From positions 22,320,001 through 22,384,000 of the forward strand of contig OZ024762.1 of NCBI GenBank assembly GCA_964016885.1: a stretch of 64,000 nucleotides of DNA, given 5' to 3'. The notes beneath the pieces are model-generated. The model ran no database searches. It saw only the letters and a list, made by a program, of their open reading frames with translations, and was not told the DNA's origin. Shown here in pieces: positions 27,827 to 43,145 of the stretch (positions are counted from its first letter, which is position 1; every line of letters starts with the position of its first letter). Made by a program: the position numbers and the translations under genes. This DNA comes from Eledone cirrhosa (lineage: Eukaryota).

Positions 27827-27873
<47 letters not shown>

Positions 27874-27886
27874 AATATATAGATAA

Positions 27887-27919
<33 letters not shown>

Positions 27920-27930
27920 TATATAGATAA

Positions 27931-27961
<31 letters not shown>

Positions 27962-27978
27962 CATAAATATATAGATAA

Positions 27979-28011
<33 letters not shown>

Positions 28012-28028
28012 CATAAATATATAGATAA

Positions 28029-28061
<33 letters not shown>

Positions 28062-28083
28062 TATACATAAATATATAGATAAA

Positions 28084-28121
<38 letters not shown>

Positions 28122-28662
28122 AATATATTGTTATACTTTGGGAGGGTCATGTTGCTAAACAAATTCAGAAACGAAATACATAAATAAATATATATATGTA
28201 TATATATATATAGATATATATATATGTATATATATATTTATATATATATATATATTGTTATACTTGGGGAGGGTCATATTTGTGTAAATATTACCAGAAT
28301 TAATAACAGAACACACTCACTGTTTGGTTGGTTTTCGCTTCTCGCTGTCTTTTATATCTGCGATCTAACTTACTCGGTCCTCAATGTTGCCATTGACTGA
28401 CCGACGGTCAAAAATAATACAGATACAATATAGACAAACACATATATATAGTGAACATAATTTACATAAATCTTTCGTTGCACATCTGCAACATCGTCAG
28501 TGGTGTTATATTTTTTTTTTCCTCCTTTTGTGTTGTATGTCTACGCCATTTTTTATAAATATATATATAAATATATAAATATATATATAAATATATATAT
28601 AAATATATTTATAAATATATATATAAATATATTTATAAATATATATATAAATATATAGATAA

Positions 28663-28723
<61 letters not shown>

Positions 28724-28825
28724 AATATATATATATGTATATATATATATAGATAAATATATATATATATATGTATATATATATTTATCTATATATATAT
28801 ATATATATAGATAAATATATAGATA

Positions 28826-28874
<49 letters not shown>

Positions 28875-28907
28875 GTATATATATATGTATATATATATAT
28901 GTATATA

Positions 28908-28958
<51 letters not shown>

Positions 28959-28981
28959 GTATATATATATATATGTATATG

Positions 28982-29012
<31 letters not shown>

Positions 29013-29017
29013 ATGTG

Positions 29018-29056
<39 letters not shown>

Positions 29057-29686
29057 GTATATGTATATATATATACATACATACATTCACACGCAATCAT
29101 GTAGAATGCGGAATGAGTGACCGTTTGACTATAAACTTGTTAATTCCAGTCAAGGCAAAGTAAACGTTTCGTTGACCCGGTAAGTTGATCTCTGTAATAA
29201 ATCAAGTTTAGCAGTTACTTTAACAAAGGATGCACACCAGTCTGAAAAGTCACACCGATTCTTCCTGGTCGAAGGAGATGAGATCGATAATTTAAGACCG
29301 TTTTAACGGAATATCCAGCTACTAATGTCGTTAGAATCATTAGTTGTAATTTAGCGAATATCATACGTTCTCCGTCTTTATGTATCTTTTCAGTGATCTT
29401 TCTTGAAAGACAAACTCTCTCTCTTTGTCTTTAATTCACCCATCTCTCTCTCTCTCCATCTCTCTTTGTCTTTCACTTCACCCATCTCTCTCTCTCTCAC
29501 TCACTCACTCTCTCTCTCCATCTCACTTTGTCTTTCACTTCACCCATCTCTCTCTCACTCACTCACTCTCTCTCTCCATCTCTCTTTGTCTTTCACTTCA
29601 CCTTTCTCTCTCTCTCTCACTCTCTCTCTGTCTCCATCCCTCTCCATCTCTCCGGCTTTCTTGATCTCCTTCTTTCTTTATCATTT

Positions 29687-29732
<46 letters not shown>

Positions 29733-29790
29733 TCTCTCCATCTCTCTCCATCTCTCTGGCTTTCTTGATCTCCCTCTTTCCCTATCTTTT

Positions 29791-29830
<40 letters not shown>

Positions 29831-30374
29831 CCTCTCCATCTCTCTGGCTTTCTTGATCTCCCTCTTTCTCTATCATTTTCTTTATCTCTCTCTCTCTCTC
29901 TTTCTCACCTCTCTCTTTCTCCATCTGTCTATTTGTTTTTCACTTCAGCTATCTCTCTCTCACTCCTCTCTCTTTCTTTCTCTTTCAGTCACTTTACCTA
30001 TATTTCTTTTCCTCTCTCTCTCTTTCTCTCTCTCTCTTTCACTCTCTCTCTCTCATACATTCTGTCTGTAAGCGTCACTAAATATAAAGATACGGACACG
30101 CACCTTCATTCCAATTTTCACACCTACACACATCTCTCACACTCTTTCTATCTCTCTATCTATCTCTATATAAATATACACATATATATATATATCTATG
30201 TGTGCATTTGTGTATGTATGTGTGCATATGTGTGTATTTGTGTATGTATGTGTGTATATATATATATATGTGTGGGTGCATGCGTATATTCACATAACTA
30301 TCTGTATATGTCTTAATCCATCTACCTACATATTAACTCATTCTCTCCTCTATATAACGCTATATTGCATGCAG

Positions 30375-30410
<36 letters not shown>

Positions 30411-30414
<4 letters not shown>

Positions 30415-30632
30415 CGAAGGAAATGTGGTAAGGAACCAGATGGACCATAACGCACCAAAGTACTCAATACTTAGGGTAGTAGAGTGGGTAATAGGAACGA
30501 GTAGGACCCCGACGGCTGAGCTCAACCCGTTTCAACGGCTAATTCTGTCCTAATAAAAAAATTAGAAAATTTAAAAAGTCCAGAATTAGCCGTCGAAACG
30601 GCTTGAGCTCAGCCGTCGGGGTCCTACTCGTT

Positions 30633-30635
<3 letters not shown>
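30411..30635. mobile_element. Family C terminal repeat with a short inverted arm
   Basis: Starts (TA)n-ACGAAGGAAATGTGG and ends GTTCC-(TA)n; other copies at 3524, 9497, 20922, 33997, 34267, 35888, 39179, 40937, 48630, 59178 and 62270. Confidence 0.8.
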
Positions 30636-30704
<69 letters not shown>

Positions 30705-30891
30705 CACACACATATGCTTATGTGTGTGCTTATATACCTAAACGTATATACATACATATGGTTGTGCGAGTGCTTGTATACATATACGTATATACATGCA
30801 TAAATGTATGTGTCTCATTGTATACATCTACGATTAGACTTTATATACTTACACATATATATGCATTGATGCATATATATATATGTGTATA

Positions 30892-30931
<40 letters not shown>

Positions 30932-31134
30932 TATGTATGTATGTATGTATGTATATATATATATGTATGTATATATATATGTGTGTATGTATGTATGTAT
31001 ATATATATATATATGTGTGTGTATTAATGTATATATATATATATATATGTGTGTATGTATGTATGTATGTATATATATATATGTGTGTGTGTATGTATAT
31101 ATATATATATATGTGTGTATGTATGTATATGTTA

Positions 31135-32236
31135 TGTCAGGTCACCACTTGGTGCTACTGGTAACATGTATCCCAGTACAACCTGTCACATGGTCGGGTC
31201 GTTGGCGACTAAACTGGCAACCCCACCAAGGTTTCTTAGTGAGGAGGGTGACTTTGGACATCCTGCAGGACTAAAAACAAGACCTGTCAAAAGGGCAAAG
31301 GAGCTCTTAAGAGTCAATGGCCATCCAAAATCACTGGGAGAGATGACCCCTTAGCCTTTGTCAAGGCAGAATTCTAGGAGAAGGAAAACTCTGATATAAC
31401 ACCTGCAACCCTGATGGTATCCAATGATGTTGACTTGTTCTTCTTTTTGGTAAATATCATCTTGGTTAAGCGAGTGGGACTGGCTTTGTGCAGTGCCTTT
31501 GCACACTATAAAAGCTTCACGGCACAGGCATTGCTTTATATCTGGAGATCTCTCTGCACTTGTCGTCACATGGTACCATGGGCCCAGCACTATGTGTCAA
31601 TGATTGTCACAAGTGTAGTGTTTGCACCAGAGTTTTCAAGTCGCTGGCTGGACTAAAAAGTCACACTCGTTCAGCGCATCGGTAGGGGTTTTCCTACATG
31701 GATATAAAGTAGTGGCCGTGCTCGAAGACGAGTTGGCAGCCACCATGTATATATATATGTATGTATATATGTATGTATGTATATATATATGTATGTATGT
31801 ATGTATATGTATGTATATGTATCACCGGGAGAGATGACCCCTTAGCCTTTGTCAAGGCAGAATTCTAGGAGAAGGAAAACTCTGATATAACACCTGCAAC
31901 CCTGATGGTATCCAATGATGTTGACTTGTTCTTCTTTTTGGTAAATATCATCTTGGTTAAGAGAGTGGGACTGGCTTTGTGCAGTGCCTTTGCTCACTAT
32001 AAAAGCTTCACAGCACAGGCATTGCTTTATATCTGGAGATCTCTCTGCACTTGTCGTCACATGGTACCATGGGCCCAGCACTGTGTGTCAATCATTGTCA
32101 CAGGTGTAGTGTTTGTACTAGAGTTTTCAAGTCGCTGGCTGGACTGAAAAGTCACACTCGTTCAGCGCATCGGTAGGGGTTCTCCTACATGGATATAAAG
32201 TAGTGGCCGTACTCGAAAACGAGTTGGCAGCCACCA
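31135..32236 (+). mobile_element. Family F: full copy (31135-31745) plus a 5'-truncated tandem copy (31821-32236)
   Basis: Near-identical to 20248-20857. Confidence 0.85.
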
Positions 32237-32423
32237 TATATATATGTGTGTGTCTATGTATATATATATATGTGTGTGTGTATGTATGTATGTATATATA
32301 TTATATATATATATATGTGTGTGTGTGTATGTATATATATATGTGTGTGTGTATGTATGTATATATATATATGTGTGTATGTATGTATGTATGTATGTAT
32401 ATATATATATATGTGTGTGTATG

Positions 32424-32456
<33 letters not shown>

Positions 32457-32580
32457 ATGTATATATATATATACACACGCATATGTGTGTGTGTGTGTGT
32501 GTGTGTGTATTGGGTCATCAAGTATGAAATTTGTAGAAAGTTGTAGAAAAAAACCAAATTTCTACAAATATCATACTGGA

Positions 32581-32643
<63 letters not shown>

Positions 32644-32644
32644 C

Positions 32645-32698
<54 letters not shown>

Positions 32699-32879
32699 CT
32701 CGTTACTAGTCGTTATCAAAAGCGTTCCATCAACTGCAAGAATATCGATGCAACACATGTGCAGATAGGCGTGCAGCAATGCACCTAATTAGCCTTATTG
32801 CAGCGACATTTAATCTTAGTGAATTTCAGTTAATGGGTAATGCAGCTCAGCTGTCCTCCGATAACTCACACGTGTGTAT

Positions 32880-32945
<66 letters not shown>

Positions 32946-33014
32946 TTATATAATCTTATGCCTGACAGTATGGCGGTGTGGGTTACTATATCTATCTATC
33001 AATGTATATATATA

Positions 33015-33058
<44 letters not shown>

Positions 33059-33949
33059 TATATATTATATATATATATATACACACATACACACACATAT
33101 ATATATATATATATATACACACATACACACATATATATATATATACATACATACATACACACATATATATATATATACATACATACATACACACACATAT
33201 ATATATATATATACATACATACACACACATATACATATATATATATACATACATACACACACATATACATATATATATATACATACATACATACACACAC
33301 ATATACATATATAATATATATATATATGTATATATAAATATATATTATATATATATATATACACATATATATATATTATATATATATATACACACATACA
33401 CACACACATATATATATATATACATACATACATACACACACATATATATATATACACACATACACACATACACACATATATATATATACATACATACATA
33501 CACACATATATATATATATATACATACATACATACACACACATATACATATATATATATATACATACATACACACACATATACATATATATATACATACA
33601 TACATACATACACACACATATACATATATATATATATACATACATACATACACACTTATAGCTCTGATTTATCTAAATTATTGAGCCCTCTGCCGCTCAT
33701 ATCGAATTTTGTTTATCGTGAACTCGTGCGCCGATTTTCCGATACTCGATTATTCTACTATATATATATATATATACAGAAATATATATATATATATTTC
33801 TATATATGTTTATTTGTATATATATATATATATATATATATATTTCTGTATATGTTTATATGTATATATATATATATATATTTCTATATATATGTTTATA
33901 TATAGATATACATATAAACATATATATATATATATATATATACATATAG

Positions 33950-34000
<51 letters not shown>

Positions 34001-34397
34001 AACGAGTAGGACCCCGACGGCTGAGCTCAGATAAGAGCAAACATCACGGACGCTCTATCTCGAAATTATTTTTGAAAAGCATTAGAAATGCGCAACCGGT
34101 AAAACTTGAAAACAAAACTGAATACTAACCAATACTATTACTAATTCTAACTTACTCCTAATTAAACTATTTTTCACTGTGAACAATTTCTCAGCATTTT
34201 CTATTCCGTTTACCAATATATAATAACTTGTGTGTTACACCTCTATTCTTTTATATATATATAAAAGAATTAGCCGTCGAAACGGCTTGAGCTCAGCCGT
34301 CGGGGTCTTACCTGTTCCTATTACCCACTCTACTACCCTAAGTATTGAGTACTTTGGTGCGTGATGGTCTACCTGGTTCCTTACCACATTTCCTTCG

Positions 34398-34431
<34 letters not shown>

Positions 34432-34578
34432 CATTATATATATATATATATATATCGCATTATATATATATATATATATATCGCATTATATATATATATA
34501 TCGCATTATATATATATATATATCGCATTATATATATATCGCATATATATATATATCGCATATATATATATATCGCAT

Positions 34579-34769
34579 AGGGTGGTGGATTGGCAGTATC
34601 GGTAGAGGGTCGGACGCCATGCTTTCCAGCATAGTTACGTCCCTTTATGATCTGAGTTCAAATCCCGCCGAGGTTGACTTTGCTTTCATCCTTACGGGGT
34701 CGATAAAATAAAGTACCAGTAATGCACTGGGTAATTTGCTGGCCTTGTGCCTAAAGTAGAAACAATTAT
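34579..34769 (+). mobile_element. S1 SINE
   Basis: Matches 26452-26636. Confidence 0.85.
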
Positions 34770-34844
34770 ATATATATATATATATATCGCATTATATATA
34801 TATATATATATATATATATCGCATTATATATATATATATATCGC

Positions 34845-34888
<44 letters not shown>

Positions 34889-35322
34889 ATTCTCGCTAAT
34901 TTATATTTGTATATATATATTTACAAATATAAATTAGCGAGAATCGCATTTCGGCTATTGGAAATTAGCGACAAACAACTTCCGAGATGTGTGGCAACGC
35001 TCCATAGAAACGAGTGAACTAGAGCAATAAACATAGGTTAAAAGGCCAAAGGCACTGAGACGATGGTTAAACCATTATCCGCAAAGCCATAGAAGCGAGC
35101 AAGCTATTCGGGTCAAACAAATAATAAAATATGATTGAAAAATATACCGAGACCCTTGTAAACGGTGGTGTTTATATATATATATATATATATATATTGT
35201 TATACTTGGGGAGTGTCATATTGTAATAATATTGCCAGAATTAATAACAGAACACACTGTTTGGCTGGTTTTCGCTTCTCTATCTTTTAGCAGTCAATAT
35301 GAAAAGCTTTGAGAGTGCTAGC

Positions 35323-35375
<53 letters not shown>

Positions 35376-35380
<5 letters not shown>

Positions 35381-35620
35381 AAAGTTATATTTAAATTGTT
35401 GGGATACAACAAGCAAATATTTTTATAACTGATATAAAGCACTCAAGTATCTGGAGTAAACATACGATATTAACAAATGGAAACTATGTTTATAAAACCT
35501 TATTTATTTCATTATACATATTTCAAGGACATCAAGTTAAATTACGGTGTGCTTTCATCAGATAAAATATAATATAGATCAGTTTTATAAATAAATATTG
35601 ACATACCCTTAAAGAATGCA
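35376..35620 (-). mobile_element. Family E copy without the SINE; hammerhead at 35505-35569(-)
   Basis: Colinear with 26394-26830 minus the SINE; minus strand CTGATGA...GAAA-TATGTA-TA-ATGAAATA. Confidence 0.75.
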
Positions 35621-35765
35621 ACCATTACTGTTGGAAGCTCCCGGATAGAATATCCGGCAGCGTCCGACCCTCTACAGAAATAATTCGTTGCAGTATTTGT
35701 TCTGATTCTATTTTGAAAATATATCAATCATGTTGTAAGTTCGATTATCATCTCTCTCACTCTCT

Positions 35766-35890
<125 letters not shown>

Positions 35891-36225
35891 ACGAAGGAAA
35901 TGTGGTAAGGAACCAGGTGGACCATAACGCACCAAAGTACTCAATACTTAGGGTAGTAGAGTGGGTAATAGGAACGAGTAGGACCCCGACGGCTGAGCTC
36001 AAGCCGTTTAGACGGCTAATTGCGTCCAGAATTAGCCGTCGAAACGGTTTGAGCTCAGCCGTCGGGGCCCTACTCGTTCCTATATATATATATATATATA
36101 TATAGGGAGGGAGATGTATATATAACGGTTTGTCTTGTTTACACCCTTTATATTCCATTTTTCTTCTTAACTTGGACTACCTTTATATCGGTAACTTTAT
36201 TGTGACCATATCTCCAACTTTGTAC

Positions 36226-36258
36226 TCTTGAAGAAGGGCTAATGCCCGACACGTCAAA
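36226..36258 (+). ncRNA. Degenerate hammerhead motif
   Basis: TTGAAGA-A-GGGC(taat)GCCC-GACACGTC; GAAA mutated to GACA and stem I not evident. Confidence 0.35.
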
Positions 36259-36347
36259 CTTCCTTTTGCCTTTTCCATATAAAGCTTGAAACTAATACGA
36301 CTTTTTGAACCTCTGACTATTGTCACCTTGAACTATATATATATATA

Positions 36348-37020
36348 TATAAGTATGTATACGTACGTACATACATATATGTATACAGACGTACAGGAGT
36401 TTGTATATATGTATGTATACATATATAAGTATGTATCCGTACGTACATACATATATGTATACAGACGTACAGGAGTTTGTATATAAGTATGTATACATAT
36501 ATGTATGTATACATATATGTATGTATACATATGTAAGTATGTATACGTACGTACATACATATATGTATACAGACGTACAGTAGTTTGTATATATGTATGT
36601 ATACATATATAAGTATGTATACGTACGTACATACATATATGTATACAGACGTACAGGAGTTTGTATATAAGTATGTATACATATATGTATGTATACATAT
36701 ATAAGTATGTATACATACATATATGTATACAGACGTACAGTAGTATGTATATACATACATACATGCACACATATATATATGTACGTATGGGTTTACTGAA
36801 CATTTATTATAATGTTCGGTTTGTTTGTAAACAAACAGCCCGAATTAAGCCGTACAGTGTTCGGAAACCATCGTTGCTCTTTTGTTCAACACTGACAAAG
36901 GAACGATGAACTAGTTTCTAGCTTCTTAGCTGTCATCAGCACCGTATACCTTCCTGTCAATCGATTGAACGTTTGAAAGTATATAATTTCCTTATGCATA
37001 TTAACGGCTGAGCGGCCGTT
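36348..37020 (-). mobile_element. Family H copy with internal tandem expansion; hammerhead at 36905-36943(-)
   Basis: Reverse complement of 44690-45025; GGTG-CTGATGA-cAGCT(aaga)AGCTa-GAAA-CTAG-TT-CATC. Confidence 0.75.
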
Positions 37021-37926
37021 TGAAAGTTTTTACCACCGTCATAAAAAAAACCTTCTGGATTATCCCCCTTTCCCTTCTCCTCCTCACTTTTGGTTGCCGT
37101 GTCTCTCTCTCACTTTCTCCTGTCTATGTGAGAGGCAGCACGATTATACCAGCTGAGTCGTAGCTGACCACTAGGCTGAAGTCCTCCAGGTTGGCCACAA
37201 CTTACTTACTTTCCTTATTTTTCCACGGTTACTTTTTTGCATGTTTCTTTCACCTGTGTTTTCCCACGATGGGACCTGTACACTTTTTTTCTCCTATTCC
37301 TCTCCTATTTTTCCCCTTTTCCCTTCCCCCTTTCTTCCTCTCTCCTCATCTCCCCCCCCCCCCCCTGTTCTTCCCTCTTTCTCTCTCTTTCCTTTTCGCT
37401 CTCCTTTTTTCTTCTCTTTTTTCTCTCTTTCTCGCTTCTTTTCCACCTGGCCTTTTGATTAATAAAAGGCCTAAAGACATTTTTTCAAATTCCATCCCTC
37501 CCGTCCCCTTAATCTATTTTATTTCTCATTTTTTCTTCTGATAAATGACTAGCGTCCGAAACGTTAAGACCCTCTTCCTGCTATATCAAGCGTTAACCTA
37601 ATACATACATTCCATATACTGTACCGATTGTGTTGTTATTTCTGTTTACCTTTTACATATATATATATATATATATATATATAGTATAAAAGAGAAGACA
37701 CAGGTAAGCATAAAGGATTTATCCAGGTATTTACGACCGTTTCATTGGTAAGTGCAACCTTATATTGCTATACTGCAAATAACAGCCACTCAATGATAAT
37801 TGTTGTTCACGTCCAAATTTTCAAAATACAAACTTGTGGAGTTACCCCTAACCGTACGTTGAAACCGTCCATGAAACTGGTTTTCTTAACCACGAACTGG
37901 ATCACAATAAGCAATTTCCTGCTTCC

Positions 37927-37962
<36 letters not shown>

Positions 37963-38333
37963 TATATATATATATATATATATGCATATGTATATATTAT
38001 ATTATGTATAAATCAAGTCGTAGCTGCAATAAGGCAAAAATCATATAGATTTATATCAATTTCAAACAACTGAAGAACTTCTTTATGTAAATAGATTATT
38101 TCTGAAATGTTCGTGCATTCTAACACCTGATATAACGTTAAAATAGGCAGAACAGAAACAATAAAAAAAAAATCAACCCCGTTAAATGTTATGCTTTAAA
38201 GCTCGCTAAAAGAATTCGCTCGCTCTCTTCTGAAGAAATTTACTAATGATATAAATGTGCGCTTTTATATAAAAATATATATATATATATATGTGTATAT
38301 ATATATGTATATATATATGTATATATATATGTG

Positions 38334-38366
<33 letters not shown>

Positions 38367-38383
38367 GTGTATATATATATGTG

Positions 38384-38416
<33 letters not shown>

Positions 38417-38510
38417 GTATATATATATGTGTATATATATATGTGTATATATATATATATATGTATATATATGTATATATATACGTATACATATATATAT
38501 ATGTGTAATG

Positions 38511-38541
<31 letters not shown>

Positions 38542-38564
38542 GTACATATATATATATATATATA

Positions 38565-38603
<39 letters not shown>

Positions 38604-38790
38604 TATATATATAATATATACATATATATATATATATAATATATACATATATATATATAATATATACATATATATATATAATATATACATATATATATAT
38701 ATATATAATATATACATATATATATATATATATAATATATACACATATATATATATATATATGTACACACATATATATATATATATATGT

Positions 38791-38831
<41 letters not shown>

Positions 38832-39054
38832 CACATATATATATATATATATGTACATATACATATATATATATATATATGTGTGTGTATGTATATATAT
38901 ATATGTTGATATATATATTTATTTATATATATGTATATATATATATATTGATATATATATTTATTTATATATATGTATATATATATATATTGATATATAT
39001 ATTTATTTATATATATGTATATATACATATATTGATGCATATATTTATTTATAA

Positions 39055-39085
<31 letters not shown>

Positions 39086-39146
39086 TATATAAGTATATAC
39101 ATATATATATGTACATATATATATGTGTAAATATATATATATGTAC

Positions 39147-39179
<33 letters not shown>

Positions 39180-39262
39180 AACGAAGGAAATGTGGTAAGG
39201 AAGCTGATGGACCATAACGCAGCCGTCGAAACGGCTTGAGCTCAGCCGTCGGGGTCATACTC

Positions 39263-39324
<62 letters not shown>

Positions 39325-39330
39325 ATAATG

Positions 39331-39382
<52 letters not shown>

Positions 39383-39388
39383 CATATA

Positions 39389-39433
<45 letters not shown>

Positions 39434-39455
39434 TATATATATACATATACATATA

Positions 39456-39506
<51 letters not shown>

Positions 39507-39729
39507 ATATATATATTTATTTATAAATATGTATATATACATATATTGATGCATATATTTTTTTATAAATATACATATATACATACATACATATATATAT
39601 GTATATATAAGTATATATGTGCATATATATATATATATGTACATATATGTATATATGTGTATATATATATATGTACACATATATATATATATATTTATAT
39701 ATATACATTATACATATTTATATATATAC

Positions 39730-39806
<77 letters not shown>

Positions 39807-39895
39807 GTATATATATATATGTATATATATATATGTATATATATATATGTATATATATATATATGTATAAATATATATATATATATATATATATG

Positions 39896-39929
<34 letters not shown>

Positions 39930-39964
39930 TAAATATATATATATATATATTTATATATGTACAC

Positions 39965-40006
<42 letters not shown>

Positions 40007-40297
40007 ACAGTTATTCCCTAATTTTATGGCGTCCATATTCAAAACCTGCCGGATGTTACGGGAATATGTGTGCAGGCAGACATTTTCGCTGTTGGCTGAT
40101 CTTTGCAATCATAAAATGTAATATAGATGAGAGACAGCGGGGTTTTATCAATATAAATGTCATAAAATTTTAATATTGAAATATTTTTAATAGAAATAAA
40201 TAGAATTTTCGAAAACGATGATTAATATCTCATGATTATAAAGTTCTCCATTCTTACTCATTTATTCTTTTAACAGTATCTGCCATTATGTTAGAGC

Positions 40298-40660
40298 TAT
40301 GTAGCCTAGTGGTAAGTGTGTTTGACTTATATATATATAAAGGTTGTGTGTTCAATTAGTATAGTGAAGGTGTGTAGCCTAGTGGTAAGTGTGTTGGATA
40401 TAGTATTAATGTAGAGGTGGGTAGCTTAGTGGTAAGTGTCTTGGGCGTACAATGAATGTGAAGGAAGGAGTGGCCTAGTTGTGAGTGTGTTGGATATTGA
40501 ATTAATGTAGTGGTGTGTGGCTTAGTGGTAAGTGTGTTGGAATTAAAATCAATGTGAAAGTGCGTAGCCTTAGCGGTAAGTTTATTTGACACAGAATCAA
40601 TGTAGAGGTGCATGGCCAAGTGGTAAGTGGATTGGACTCACAAATACAGAGGATGTATAT
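40298..40660 (+). repeat. Degenerate 45-50-bp tandem repeat of a tRNA/SINE A-box head
   Basis: About 7 recurrences of GT(A/G)GC(C)TAGTGGTAAGTGTGTTGG. Confidence 0.65.
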
Positions 40661-40678
40661 TCAATTCATATATATATG

Positions 40679-40928
40679 GGAGGAGGTTATAGTTCACTTG
40701 AAGCATTGTGTAATGAGGTATAAACGTTTGAATATGTGTAATAAGGCCAAAACAATGCAGGTATGGACATAGAAAAAAGAATGCAATAGTAAAAGAATTC
40801 GTCTTTCACCTTGAATTTAAATAAATTCAAGGTGAAAGACGAATTCTTTTACTATTGCATTCTTTTTTCTATGTCCATACCTGCATTGTTTTGGCCTTAT
40901 TACACATATTCAAACGTTTATACCTCAT
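40679..40928. repeat. Perfect palindrome, 107-bp arms, 2-nt spacer (family G)
   Basis: 40713-40819 is the exact reverse complement of 40822-40928. Confidence 0.9.
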
Positions 40929-41884
40929 ATATATATATAACAAAGGAGTTGTGGTAAGGAACCAGATGGACCATAACACACCAGAGTATTCAATACTTAG
41001 GTTAGTAGAGTGGGTAATAGGAAAATGTATGACCCTCGACGGCAGAGCTCAAGCCGTTTCGACGACTATTTCTGGACTAAACTAGAATTTTTAGCCTGGT
41101 AAATAAATAGCCGAACTGTTCATAATTCCTTATATGGGAAGTTTGTAGTTGTCAAGAGGATTGGTCAAAATTTCTTGTAAACACAATTAAGTCTATCATG
41201 GCAGTGGGTGGGAGGTGGAAGTGGCTGAATTTGCCTGTAGAACAATGAGGGAGTGGGTGGACCGGTCAAGCGTTGAAAGTGAAATCTATACAGCAATTTA
41301 TATGGATTGTGTATGAAACTAGGCTGGAGGAAGCAGGCGAAAAAGGATTCTGGAGAAAATAGAGAAAGGACGTTATAGAATAGGTAAATCAATTGAGATT
41401 AGAAGATAATAAATAAATAAGAAAAAAATATATAAAAATATAAAATTGGATAGTAAGAAGTGATAAAAAATCTGTAGAGTCTAAAACAGCTGCTATATGT
41501 TGGTGTTCTGTTTTCGGCCAATGCTATAGAAGAGGTTAATAAGTTGAAAATAGACGGTACTAAATAAATAAAAAATGTATGAAATTATAGAATTGGGTAG
41601 TAAAAAGTAATACAAAATCTCTGGGGTCTAAAACAGCTGCTATAATTAGTTGGTACTGCGTTTCGGCCAATGCTATCTATAATTTACTGGGGTAGGGGTA
41701 CTGAGGCTACAAAAGCCCGATGGGCTGCCTCGGGTAGGCGAAAGAAGGAAGAGGATAGGGAGTGGAAGGAAGTGATTGGAAGAGATAAAGGGAAGAAGAA
41801 AGGAAAAGAAAAGAGGTACATCTACCTATCTTGTTCGGAAAGTGGGGAAAAGGAGGATGTTGCAGCCATTGTCTACCCACCCGA

Positions 41885-42318
41885 GTCATTAGGGGGTTTG
41901 AGGGCAAGGTAAGTCCTACGTAATCGATGTTTGCTTGTAGTTACCAGTTCGTTTTTTTTGTTTAGGAGTTGGTCCTTCGTAAACAACATTTGTAATGTTT
42001 CCTCCGAGCATAAGTTACACGGACCCGGCTCTACCAACACCGACATACGTTCCGAAACCCGGCCCGGCGGCATGCCACTACACTTTCGTGCCACATCTGG
42101 GACCTCCAAGATAATAACATAACATACAATCTTACTTGGAGCTTACTGCCCAGGGCTAACTCCTACACGAGAGACGCCGTCCATGTAACTTATGCTGGGA
42201 GGAAACATTACAAATGCTGTTTACGAAGGACCAACTCCTAAACAAAAAAGACGAACTGGTAAATGTATGCAAACACCGATTGCGTAGGACTTACCTCGCC
42301 CTCAAACACCCTAATGAG
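41885..42318. pseudogene. Two inverted fragments of a Penelope-like GIY-YIG endonuclease C-terminus
   Basis: Minus strand PCNLCSEETLQMLFTKDQLLNKKNELVTTSKHR; plus strand LTWSLLPRANSY/PCNLCWEETLQMLFTKDQLLNKKDELVNVCKHR; fits the PLE motif W...CxLCxxE...LLNKxxE....C(R/K)H. Confidence 0.7.
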
Positions 42319-42493
42319 GGGGATGAAGTGAGAAGAATATATAGAGGAAGAACCGACCCTAGTACTAGATTGGTTCTTTTTATTATCAACCGCCAAAGGA
42401 TAAAAAGGCAAAGTTGACTTTGATAAATATATATATATGTGTGTTTGTGTGTGTGTGTGCGTGTATGTATGTATGTATGTATATATATGTGTG

Positions 42494-42530
<37 letters not shown>

Positions 42531-42739
42531 GGTGTTGGATGCTTAAAGTGTCCGTATGCGGTAGGTCGTATGAGCACTCGATGCCCTCGTAGAATCGAGA
42601 CTTATCCGAGGACCGCGCGATTTCAGAGTCAGGTTTGATCACCGTATCTATCGTGCCTCGAGCTGGTCGCCCGAGAAACAATTGTAATATGTCCAATAAA
42701 TTCCTTTCGTCGCAACACTATTTCTCTTTTTCCTGTGAT

Positions 42740-42777
<38 letters not shown>

Positions 42778-43145
42778 GGATTTGTGTGTGTAGATGTGTG
42801 TCTGTGGGGTAGGTGTGAGTGTATGTACAAGTCAACCAACAGAAGTCTTTTTATTTGTAAACTTTCTAAGTATTTGACTCTAACCAGAATTTTCAGTATT
42901 ACCACCCCACATAAATTCATCAATTTAAGAATGACCTGTAGTATCGAATTTTATACTATAAACCTCAATTGAATATATATCTAACCAGGATACTTTTTGT
43001 GAAAATCAGTCATATGGAACTATTGTCATCTTGCCTGACGGTTTGAACTTTACAACACCACCTGCCTCTTTGAGGTCAAATACCAACCCTACTAGCATCT
43101 ACAAACTGACCAACGAGAATTAAGATTATTCCTGCTGACAACATT

